Of a stretch of DNA of 64,000 nucleotides, positions 13,954 to 24,881 are shown in pieces. The notes under the pieces are model-generated. The model was not told where the DNA came from. It saw only the letters and a list, made by a program, of their open reading frames with translations, and searched no databases. The stretch lies in contig NW_026250414.1 in the NCBI RefSeq assembly GCF_024521635.1, positions 124,001 through 188,000 of the forward strand, in the 5' to 3' direction. A program made the position numbers and the translations under genes. The DNA comes from Tricharina praecox (Eukaryota). The stretch's first letter is position 1; each line of letters opens with the position of its first letter.

Positions 13954-14355
13954 CCCAAAGAATGCGGGGAAGTCAAAAGGAAAGAAAATATCTAACGGCT
14001 GCCACCCGCTGGCTCTGCTGGCGATTCAGAGGCGCGAACGGGATCGAGATTTCTTTCGCGTTTCACCACCACTAGCAGCAGCAGCGCCTGAAAAGAAAAG
14101 AAAAGGAAAAAGAGGGAGAAACAGCACACACGCACGAACATGCACACGAACATGCACATGCAGTGACCGCGGATTCTTCCGGCAAAATGCAAACCACAAC
14201 ACCCACCCACCCACACAGCGACAGGTGGAGCTTTGCCGGTACAGCACTGCACACTGCACACTGCACACATGCCATAGTTTGCCATAGTTTGCCATAGTTT
14301 GCCATATGTAGTTCGCAATGCAGCTCCTGGCATGCGGCACGCTGGCAGATGTGGC

Positions 14356-14427
14356 CGCTGCTGCTGCTGGTGGTGCTGGTGCTGGTGCTGGTGCTGGTGC
14401 TGGTGCTGGTGCTGGTGCTGGTGCTGG
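14356..14427. repeat. (GCTGGT)n hexamer microsatellite
   Basis: Direct reading. Confidence 0.9.
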
Positions 14428-17343
14428 AGCAACGCAGGGCGGAGGTTAAACCGTTCGTTAGCCCTGGACGCACGAGCTCCGCACCGCACTGCACCGGACA
14501 GAGAAACGGCGCTGCTGCACGCGCACCACCACCACCACGATAGTGGTGCGTGAACTCCTGTATGAAGTATGTACTGAGCAGTGGGTGCTGAGTGCTAGCT
14601 GGCTGGCTGGCGGTGGGCTGCGTAACACAGTAACACTCAGCTCCCTCTCCCTCTCTCTTTGATCGCCCCAGTCGACCGCCTCCCTCCCTCCCTCCCTTTC
14701 CTCGCTGAATGCCTAGAATGCACGGAATGCACAGTCAGTGGGACGGCAGGAAGATGGAGGGGATGACAGATATACCATGCCACTTCCAAGTCCACTTCGA
14801 AATTCGCATATAGCGAGTACATACCAGCTTGCTTGCAGGTTTCGAACTAGACCTATCACTCACAGACTCGCAGTATTCAGACCAAAAAGGGGGTAAGGAA
14901 ACGTCGCATCGACAAGTCGGGACTCGGGCTGGCTGGCTGGCTGAGTTTTTTTTTGTTTCCCGGCGCAGATCTAGTTCGGTATTTTTCTTTTCTTTCTTTT
15001 CTTTCTTTTCTTCCTTTCTTTCCAGAGTTAGCGTCAGATGTGTCAAAATCCGGTGGGTGGAACCATGGTTTTTTAAAAACAAAAATACATCTCTCGGTTG
15101 ATCGAATTGGTTGAGCGAATGATTTCTGCCGAGAGTCGTACTTCTCATATAGAGTACTGCCGCTCTTCTTTACCGATTCCCTCGGTTTTTCTGTCCCCCG
15201 GGGGCCCCGCGCCCAAGGTTGCCCTGCCCGTACACTCTACGGAACACCTCCGACCCCAACTCCGACTCCGACTTCGGCGTCAATGGAGCAGTGGAGCAGT
15301 GATTCGTGAAGCCCGAGTTGAAACTCGGACAGTGTCGGAGTTTTTTATACACGCCCTTGGCAGTAGTAATTACTAGGTAGGCTATGTGCTAGCGCCCAGC
15401 GGCCTGGAAAAGGAACCGGCCGCTACACATGTACCACCTGGCCTGTCACCGTTGTATTACTCTAGCGGCCTCTCGCTTGGCGGTGGCAGCCGCTGAAACT
15501 TGCAGCCAGTACTACATATAATAGACATCGGTCTTGGCCACGCCCATGATCAGTCTGTCAGCCTGTCAGATGAACCTTAATCCCCCCCCTCCTTCCCTTC
15601 CCTCTGGGCCCTCTCCTCTCCAGAGCAATGAGTTATGAGTTATGTACGCCGGAGGGAACGTAGAGTATTTCCTTGCTGCAGCTGTTCGGACGAACAGACA
15701 GACGAACAGACGAACGGACGGCCCAGGTGTTAAGTTGGCCAGTTAGTTACGTAAACTCGCCAGCACGACGCTGTCGCCCGGCGGGGCGGCCCATAGTAGG
15801 CAGAATACACTTCGGCGCGGACTCGCGGAGTTTATATCCGTGGGTTCTACAAATCGTTGATGCAGCAGCACAAAATTGAACACACACGCTACATACCGTG
15901 CTTTATGTGTACTGTATTGTACATACAGCGCTAGGGTGAGGAGCAGGACGAGGAGCAGGAGAAGCAGGAGGTGGAGGTGGAGGAAGGGGGTGATATATCA
16001 TGACCCGACTCGGACTCCCCCCCCCCCCCAACCGGTGGCACCCCCTGAGTAGGTATTTGGAATACACACCTACCTACCTCCTTATGCCATGCGCAGTATC
16101 CTTCCGCCCGCTGCGGCTAGGGATGAAATCTGTTGAGACGTTTTGATTGATTGCTAACTTTTCCAACTTTGCTTGTCAGGCAGGCAGGCAGGCGATAGGG
16201 TTTGGGGCTATATGCCGAGGCTCCTAAGTATCCATCCCTTTCGGTAGATGCAGATGCAGAATTCAGATCCCCACAGGGGGGAGGGACGGTGGGGGGCGGA
16301 GCTCACCTCGTCTTGCTTTGCCTCGTCTTGCTTATTCATGGAGGACGAGGTGAAGTAAGGGTGAGACTAATCAGTGATGACTGTGTATCATATGAGATCA
16401 CTCGGTTAACCTGAGATCCCGATTCTTGGAATTGAGAGAAGAACTTGGCTTGACTAATGAGATGAATGAGTAAGACGAGAAGAGAAACTGCTCTTGAGGG
16501 GTAAACAACGAACTGAAGGGATGAAGTTTCAGACAGAGACTGCGACGATAGCCGTCGCCCGGGCTGGGGGCTTCAGGAGGCTTATTCTAGTGAGAAGCCA
16601 GGGACAATGTTGAGAAGCCACAAAGGCCATAATGGCTGCTTATACGACGATTCAAAAGGACAAAGAGCAGAAAAAAGAACCAGTGACACCGGAATAGACA
16701 TACCAAGAGGCATGATACAAACAGATCCTGATTCCCGACACGGCCCCCCGAAACAGAGAGACTGATGTTTGTCGTATGTACGTCTGTACTGATGTGGCAC
16801 AGGTGCTTCGGAGTACCGTGGTTTGGAGCATTGTGGTTCGGAGTACCGTGGGTATGTATGCAGTAGACGATTGGATGGTATTAATGTTGCTGCCGGCTGC
16901 TTTGTAAGCCGAACCCGGGCGTCGGGGAAAGCGGCCGATAGGTTTAGGTGTTCGATGGTAAGCAAGTAGACTTATTTGGACTGCTAATGTACCCCGCGAC
17001 TTGGTTCTACTTCGTGTAGGATTGCTGATTACATATGCACAATGGTATGGGACGATGATTAGCGACTACAATTGCCGGGATGTCATACAGTGCTTAGTAT
17101 TCAGGGAGCTGTTTGATGATCCGTAGTGGTTCCATCCTTGTTCCCGACGCGCATATCGACATTTGTCGGTACAAGATCTTCGTACGGGCATACACGCTGG
17201 TTGCGCCATCGATTGCATTGCACTCGAAATGTTCGTAATCATAGAATACCCCGCCTCGAGCACGCAAGCCAAGAGACCATGATACCTACTGGATCGATGA
17301 CAGCTCCTTGCATCCCGCTGGATGATCGAACGGCGTCGTTCTG

Positions 17344-17350
17344 TATAAAA
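17344..17350 (+). promoter_or_regulatory. TATA box of the epimerase-like gene
   Basis: TATAAAA 138 nt upstream of ATG 17482. Confidence 0.55.
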
Positions 17351-17481
17351 GGGCTCTCCGAGGCGTTCATTCAGCAATAGTTAGTACACAACACATTAAT
17401 AACTTCTTCGGCTTCCATTCAGCAGTAGTCCACAACACATCAATAACGTCTACAGCTTCACCCCACGCACACACAGTTCTC

Positions 17482-18721
17482 ATGGCACCCAAGTTTTTCC
17501 TGTCGGTCCAAGTTCGTCTCCTGCTTCTACGATCTACATACTGACATCCCCTCCAGCACCGGCGTAACCGGCTACATCGGCGGCAGCGTCTTTGCCCGCC
17601 TTGCCTCCACCCACCCAGAATACGAAATCACCGTTCTCCTGCGCAGCGTGCCCGACGGTTTCAAGGAGAAATATCCCAACGTCAAAATCGTCAAGGGCGA
17701 CTTTGATAGCGCCGACATCATCACCGCGGCAGCCGAAAATGCCGATATCGTGATCCGTATGTACTCCCCCTCCATTTCCATCAGGTGGACAAAGGCTGAC
17801 CTTCTCGCAGACGCCGGCAACTCAGACCACGTTGCCGCCAACGCCGCCATCCTGGCCGGCCTCTCCAAGAGCAAGACACCCACCTACCTCCTGCACCTCA
17901 GCGGCACAGGTACGGTAGCGGACTTCACGTCGCCCGACTTCGTCCCGGGAGCGCCCAACCCCAAGATCTGGAGCGACGTATCGGACCTTCCCACGATCAG
18001 CACGTTCCCTTTGTCCTTCCTCCACCGGCCCGTCGACAGCAAGATCCTCTCAGCGGCATCCACTCTGGGCGGCGGTGGCAACATCCGCACGGCGATCGTC
18101 GCACCGCCAGCCGTGTACGGGCGCGGCTCGGGCCCGCGCGTCACGCAGAGCTTCGCGATCCCGTTCTTTGTCGAGGACGTCCAGAAGTTCGGCGGGCGCA
18201 CGTTCTACATCGGCGATGGCGCCAACGAGGCCGCCGTCGCGCACATCGACGATGTTGCCGCGGTGTTTGTCAAGTTGGCCGAGATCGCTGTCGCCGGTGG
18301 TGAAGGCGCGGATTGGAACGAGAAGGTACGCGCACAACCACCCCCCGGGATCGATTGAAAATTTGTTCGTCGCTGACACGCATAGGGCTACTACTTTGTT
18401 CCCGTTCACCAGCCCGGTATCACCTGGAAGTCCGTCGCTGCCGCGGTGGGAAAGAGCCTGAAGGCTCGAGGCATCATCAAGAACGCCGAGCCGATCTCGG
18501 TCGGGCCCGAGGACACCGACAAGATGATTGACGGTTCGCAGATAGGACTCTACATCTACGGATCGAATTCAAAGATCCGCGCGGATCGCGCAACGACCCT
18601 GCTGGGTCTTGAAGCAAAGGCTCCAGGGTTCTTTGAGGTGTTGGAGGAGGATTTGGATGATGCGTTGAACGATAAACAAAGGGATTCAGCGCAAATGAGA
18701 GCGTTGACCGGGACGAAGTAG
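17482..18721 (+). CDS. NAD(P)-binding Rossmann-fold protein, extended/atypical SDR (NAD-dependent epimerase/dehydratase-like), ~356 aa
   Basis: Spliced N-terminus MAPKFFLTGVTGYIGGSV carries the GxTGxxG motif; later LHLSGTG, IVAPPAVYGRG and AHIDDVA. Introns 17502-17556, 17757-17810 and 18326-18385 (GT..CTGAC..AG) give an intact 1071-nt frame. Confidence 0.9.
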
Positions 18722-18777
18722 CGAAAGAATGGAAGAATGTATGGATCTATTACATAGGAAGCGGGGAAACAAAAAAA

Positions 18778-18859
18778 TGGAGGACTTGGGAATCGAACCC
18801 AAGACCTTCTCAAGTCACGATGATGCGAATGAGACGTTATACCCCTAAACCAGACCCCC
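18778..18859 (-). tRNA. tRNA-Ala(CGC) with a 10-nt intron
   Basis: Reverse complement GGGGGTC TG GTTTAGGGGTATAAC G TCTCA TTCGCA[tcatcgtgac]T TGAGA AGGTC TTGGG TTCGATT CCCAA GTCCTCC A. Has the G3:U70 Ala identity pair and a T7 terminator immediately downstream. Confidence 0.95.
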
Positions 18860-19264
18860 ATGTGATACTAAACATGTTTAATAGTATGATAATATATGAA
18901 AACCCAAAATCAACCACCAGCTAGCGACCATTTCATCCAATTTCTTCACGCGTGCCTACCTTCTGGAACCCGGCGATCACAACAACCAAGTACTCATATG
19001 CATAAATGTTGCCCGCATAAAATCAAACTACAGGATTCAAGTTCCGAAATAATATTTACGCCACTTCCAACGAGTGGTACCTAGCATGCTTACAACGCAC
19101 CATCCTTCTGGCCAAAGTTGCAGCCACCTGAAGATCTTACCACGCAGCCCCACCAACGTCCGAACTCACCACACAGCCCGCGAAAAGAAGAAAAAAACGA
19201 TATCTCACTACCATTGGTCAAATTCCGCATATGGACCTTCGGGGATATACAAAAACAAAACGAA

Positions 19265-19354
19265 TGGAGAACTAGGGAATCGAACCCTAGACCTTCTCAA
19301 ACTATGACATTTTGCCAATGCAAATGAGACGTTATACCACTAAACCAGATCCCC
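19265..19354 (-). tRNA. tRNA-Ala(TGC) with an 18-nt intron
   Basis: GGGGATC TG GTTTAGTGGTATAAC G TCTCA TTTGCA[ttggcaaaatgtcatagt]T TGAGA AGGTC TAGGG TTCGATT CCCTA GTTCTCC A. G3:U70 present; T tracts downstream. Confidence 0.95.
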
Positions 19355-20170
19355 ACAACGATGATGATGACGAAAACTACGCAATTTGATACTATAATCT
19401 AACCGATATTATGCTAGATCGTGGCAAAAGTTTACAACACGTCCGTCCTACAGTGTCATACTGGGATGTAGTCCCCTCATAGGTAATAATCCATCTAGAA
19501 TTGCGCCACTATGTCCACATTTGCAACCGGTATATCATCAACAGCACACCTACCGCCCACTCCAGCCGAAATATAACAGCACAACGTTTATAAGAACGTC
19601 TGTCGTATGGGTGACGATTCGACGAACCGAAGGGCTCGTGCACTATCGCATCACCATCAACCTTTCCAAGCTCTATCGACATCTTGGAATGCTAGGCTCG
19701 TCCTCTTTGTCTACCATCAGCGAGCCACTTGACCATCAGCTTACATTCCAGTCCGCGCTAACCACAGCAAGCCTATCTCGTCATTGATCATCACCCTCAT
19801 CAGGTGACCAACACGTTATGCCATCACATTTACCACATACTCCTCACCGTTCCTTTGAGTACGACTATGCTGTCGTAAAATATTCCGGGCCTATCGATTC
19901 AAGGCGATATTACTTGAATTACCGCGAATCTCCAAGAGGTTGACAAAGAATCGAGTGACTCAGTGTGCATTCGGGCCTTCTGGGTGCCTCCAGCTAGACA
20001 ACTGTACAGGCGGCAGATGGCTATAAAACTCTGGAGAATTTGCATGGAGATAGTACCACCCGACCATACGAATCTCTTAATCGGCTAGGTCATTCACACT
20101 GTCATGTTAGTCCTCCAAACGAGACAAAACAAAACAACAGATCAATGAAAGAGCGGTTTTATAGAGCAGT

Positions 20171-21151
20171 CTACAAATCGAGTGTGGCGAGCCCCTCACC
20201 AAACCCCTCAACAACGTCCCTCCTGACCAACCCGTCCCCCCACTCCTTCACTTTCGCCGACCAGAACTCCTTTCCATCAGCACCATACCACGCGCCCGCA
20301 ATACCACCATAAACCGCGGCGACGGTATCTGCATCATCCCCCAAATTTACCACATCAATCGCGCCCTCCTCAAAGCTATCCGTCCTAAAAAACACCCAAA
20401 GTGCCGCCTCCAGAGTATGGACCACATACCCGGAGGAACTAATCTTCGCCTCCTCCTTCGCGACCCACTTTCCATCCGCAAACGTCGCCGAAAGCTCATC
20501 CGTCTGCCATTCCCACTTATTCACCATCCCCAGCAACTCCGACTTCTTCATCCCCCTCCCCTCTGCCGCCCTCCTCAGAATCTCGACGACCAACGAAACA
20601 TACAGCGCGCACGCCTCCTGACAGACACTGTGTGGATGCGTGACCGCGGAGCTTCTCCTCGCCAACGCCTTCGCGTTCTCCGCATCGCGCCAGTACGCGA
20701 GCGCCACCGGCAGCACGCGCATCAGCGATCCATTGCCGCATCTATTCTTATGGTCCAGACTCTTTTTTATCTCCTGGAGCCCTCTGCCGCTGCGCCAGAT
20801 ATCCACCGCCACCCTTGTGGCCATCCCGGCATCGAAGAACGTGCCGGTCGCGGAAAGGTAGCCTTCGTCAACCCACCGGACGTAGCGCGATCCTTGGTCG
20901 GCTTCCGAGAAGCCCTCGCGGGAGTTGATCAGCGAGTCGGCGAGGCACAACGCCATCGATGTGTCGTCGGTCCAGCACCCCGCGGGAAGGCCGAAGTTGT
21001 TGTTGGGGACGAAGGAGGTGATGTGCGGGAAGGTGCCCCGCCGGTGGAATTCGGCGGGGCCGCCGAGCGCATCACAGATGGCGACGGAGAGCAGGGATAT
21101 GTGGATCTTAGTCGCGATGGGCGCTGGAACAAGGGGTGTGGTGGAGGTCAT
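20171..21151 (-). CDS. ADP-ribosylglycohydrolase (ARH/DraG family), ~326 aa, intronless
   Basis: Motifs DALGGPAEF, WTDDTSMALCLADSL, GNGSLMR, HTLEAALW and NLGDDADTVAAVYGGIAGAWYG. ATG at 21151 (MTSTTP). Confidence 0.92.
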   Translation of the reverse strand: MTSTTPLVPAPIATKIHISLLSVAICDALGGPAEFHRRGTFPHITSFVPNNNFGLPAGCWTDDTSMALCLADSLINSREGFSEADQGSRYVRWVDEGYLSATGTFFDAGMATRVAVDIWRSGRGLQEIKKSLDHKNRCGNGSLMRVLPVALAYWRDAENAKALARRSSAVTHPHSVCQEACALYVSLVVEILRRAAEGRGMKKSELLGMVNKWEWQTDELSATFADGKWVAKEEAKISSSGYVVHTLEAALWVFFRTDSFEEGAIDVVNLGDDADTVAAVYGGIAGAWYGADGKEFWSAKVKEWGDGLVRRDVVEGFGEGLATLDL

Positions 21152-21743
21152 GGTGGGATAGCGGGTGGATATCGAGTTTGTAACGATATGTATACACAAG
21201 TAGCGGTCGGTACGTCTTGTATCATATACCTTTGCGGGGCGATGGGCTGAGCTGGTTGGGGAAGCTGAGGCCTGAGGGCGTTACACCACGGCTTACAGGG
21301 ATTGCTAATTCGATACCAACAGGGTTAGATGGGGCTGAGTGAGTCAGTGTGACTCATGCAGCTGCAATGCGAGTGAGTGTAATCTGGAAACCCAGAGACT
21401 TCAGTGTGGCGAGGTAGATAGATACTCTACACACCAGATTTAACATGAAAAAAAACACGCGGGTTTCCATTCCGCTCATTCGTGCTATACAGTCACTGCC
21501 GTCTACGGTATGTAGATACAGATCACTCTTTTTCCCCATGGTAGTTGGGCGGTGGTTCGTTTAGAAATTGCTGCGCCCTAGAAGAATTGCTGGACACGGA
21601 GTTGAAAAGGCCGAGTGAGGTCCATGACTACGAGTGATTCTTCTATCGATCGAGTCTAACCCTATGAGACCTAGCGTCGATGCATGAAGTTCGGCATCTA
21701 CCGGCCATATAGCGAACAAGAACTTCGACATCCACCACCAGCG

Positions 21744-23230
21744 ATGCCGCCCCTCCATCTTCCGCCCCGCTTCTTGCTCCCATCAGGAACTACCCGCCGG
21801 GGATTGCTACACTTCTGCCGAAACTACAGCGCATCTAGTTCCCCGCGCCCCTCTCCCACCGACAAAAGCATACGCACCCATGCCCCATCTTCAAATCTCC
21901 ACTAACGAGCTGCACAGTCTTTATCGCGCTATCCTCGGGCATCGATAGCACCGTCACGACATCACTGCTACTCCGCCACCACCCACGCGAGAACCTGCAC
22001 CCGATCTACCTAGCGAACTGGGAGCCCTCTCAGCACCCGACTTCATCTGCGCCCAAGCTCGGCCCCTACGGAAAACCTCTCTCCGCCGATGCCGCTTCGC
22101 CCCAGCCGGAGAAGCAGAAATGCGTCGACCGGGAGTTCTCACGCGTGCAGCAGATCTGTGAGCACTTCGGACTGCCGAACAAACCGCTGAGGCTCAGCTT
22201 TGAGAAGGAGTACTGGAACGATGTTTTCGAGCCGATGCTAAACGCGTACGCTAGCGGCGTCACGCCGAATCCGGACATAGGCTGTAATCGCGAGGTGAAG
22301 TTTGGCGCGCTCGCGAAAACTCTAAGTGATATGGCCGGCGGTCGGAATTGGTGGCTGGCGACGGGACATTATGCCCGTGCCGATGCGGCGGGCAGGCTCT
22401 ATAGGAGCGCGGATAAAAGGAAGGATCAGACTTATTTCCTGTCCACGGTGACCGCTGAGGTGCTGAAGCACTGTCTTTTCCCGCTGGGTGCAGAGGGGTT
22501 GTTGAAGACGGAGGTTAAGGAGCAGGCGAAGAAGCTCGCAGTTCCGGGATGGCGCGAAGGGGAGGAGACCGGGGAGTCCTTTGGGCTATGTTTCGTTGAG
22601 CCTGCGGGCGGCAGGAATTCCGGGTTTCGAAGGTTCCTGGGAGAATATCTTCAGCCGGACCCGGGGTACTTCGTGGTGGGCGAATCGCGGGAGTCCTGGC
22701 CGAGTGGAGAGAAGATTAACATGCCGAGTGCCGGGTCCGTGGTGGGAACACATGAGGGGCTGTGGCATGCTACGATCGGTGAGAAGGCACGCCTGGAGCT
22801 GCCGCAAGGTTTGCCAATGTTTCAAGGCCGATGGTTCGTCAGCCGGAAGGATCGGAGGCGAAACACCATCGAGATTGTCAAGGGCGGCGATAATCGCGCG
22901 CTGTTTTCGAAGTCAATGGTGATCGATGATTGGTATTGGCACGGTAATGACGCGGAGGCAGCTGCCACGCGGCATCAACCACGGCCGGCGGAGACGGCGG
23001 AAGGAGAAACTTGGGAGAAGGGACTTGTGACACAATTCCGGCATATGCAGAGGCCGATTCGAGTCCGGGAGGTTAGGGTATTGGGCGAGGGCAGGAAGAT
23101 GGGAACGAAGAGGATCATGATCTCGTTCGACACGCCGCAGAAGTCGGTGGCGGAGGGACAGAATGCAGCCTTGTGGGACGGTGAGAGGTGCTTGGGTGGT
23201 GGGGTCATCGAGGAAATGGAGGCAGTGTGA
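21744..23230 (+). CDS. SLM3: Mitochondrial tRNA-specific 2-thiouridylase (MnmA/TRMU/Mtu1 family), ~478 aa
   Basis: Arg-rich presequence-like N-terminus; PP-loop IALSSGIDS; TPNPDIGCNREVKFG, LATGHYA, KDQTYFL, ESFGLCF and GQNAALWDGERCLGGG. One intron is required, predicted at 21868-21917. Confidence 0.92.
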
Positions 23231-23409
23231 TCTTATAAAACTATGTCCGACTGTGTTTATCTCCGCTCTGCGCCATATCTGACCTCAGCACGGCCATTCG
23301 ATCTCATCGCAATGTGTTCGTTGAGCGTATGATTCTCTTGTGCATTATCACCCGCTCAACAGTAAGGCGCTCTCGAAACATCCATAATGTACGTAACGAA
23401 TATGACGAT

Positions 23410-23640
23410 TAAACAAAAGAGAAAAACTGATATTAGCGCTTTTGGTCGGAGACGAGTGTCATTCCATGCACCGCCGGTTTCAAACCCACGGCAAAAGCAA
23501 AAACCATCACCACCCCCGGTGGGGTGGCTTGGAAACCCCAAGAGCGGAAAGATATATTTTTCACCCGGGTTGGAGCCCGGAACTTTCTCTCCACTCCCCT
23601 CGCCGATTGCATGTCCCAGACCACTGGACCACGCGGAGGT
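23410..23640 (-). ncRNA. Candidate Pol III element: degenerate tRNA-derived head plus structured body (ncRNA, SINE or tRNA pseudogene)
   Basis: A-box TGGTCCAGTGG inside an intact GTCC/GGAC D-stem; CCGGG-ctccaa-CCCGG T-arm-like hairpin; several downstream stems; T5/T4 tracts at the 3' end. Confidence 0.45.
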
Positions 23641-24881
23641 TTTTTCCGCGATGGGAACTCGGATTTGAAAACTATGAACCCGTGATATAAGTGCTCCGAG
23701 ATGGACTCGGCTTGCCTGCAGGTAGCCCCGCTCCCTCCCTCCCCCTACCTCCAGCTTCCAAGTTAGCTGTTCCATTCTCTGCTCGAGCAATACAAATTTA
23801 AACGGAATCAATGCTACTCAGCTACATACACGGCCATTCAGTTCCACTGACATGCAAAACCGGTACATACGGCCATCTACTATACACAGGCATCTGGCTA
23901 CGCAATTACCCCGGCATGCAGTTTCATACGTTCGTCGATCCATCCTGATAGATTAAACCCCACTTCTGTAGTTTCTTTTATTTCCCATCAGGCAGTCATT
24001 TTTCCTTAACTGGCGGACTACTGGTGGTGGTATGTACATAATACCTATGTTTGACGGTCTTGCTCACTATCCTTAGGATCGCGGGGCCTACATCTTTCGC
24101 TCCACACACGCTTATGGAGGCTGAGCAGCTTTCATGTCCCTTAAAGGCGAGGCATGAGAGTGTGTAATCGCCGCACAACCCCCCATGCGGTACTTTCCTT
24201 ATAACACCAGCAGCCTCTCCGCGGCACTGATGAACCACCTCCCACCCTTCGCCGATCCGCCTTCCAGCCGACCAGGTACTTCCAAATGCCGCCGTCGGAA
24301 TCGCCTCGCTCCATCCCAGCCGGTAAGTAGGCAAGAACCGACACCCATCCCCTCCCATCCTCTCATACACGAACTCACGCACAAGCATTCTGTTCTCATC
24401 CTTCTCATCCAACTAATCAAGTCTTCTTCTAACTACATTTCAACATGGGGCCATAACCGTCAGTCGAGTGACACATTATGGCTACTATCCTTGGTATGTA
24501 CCAGAAATCATCAGGATACGAGATGATATTAGGTAACTAAGGGTGAGTGCTACTGCCATACGAGAAATAAATGATCCTCAATAATAGAACGTATAGATCG
24601 AAGCAGAACCGACGCTCCCTAAAATTCCGTTTTTTTTGAACAGCAAAGCGAACGGAATTCCGAACAGCCTGCGCGGAGTGGACCGCGAATTACTCGCATG
24701 TCTTTGTTCGACCGGGACTCAGATTTCCGATCGCAGGAAAATAAAGCTACAGCGGCGATACCGTACCTATCTGCTTATATCTAATTCAGAAAATATTCTC
24801 CCACCCCCACGCGTCCGTTCTCTGTGATTCGCCTAACCATCGCGCGACCAATTCTGTGCGATCGCAAAATCTCCCAACGAT

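Noticed and set aside
23560-23640. Functional tRNA, or RNase P/MRP RNA suggested by GAAAGTTCC
   Set aside because: No anticodon arm or acceptor pairing, and no downstream CR-V-like strand to form the P4 helix was found.
23996-24412. 138-aa minus-strand ORF with a partly protein-like start
   Set aside because: No motif or splice structure; may be a decayed fragment but cannot be supported.
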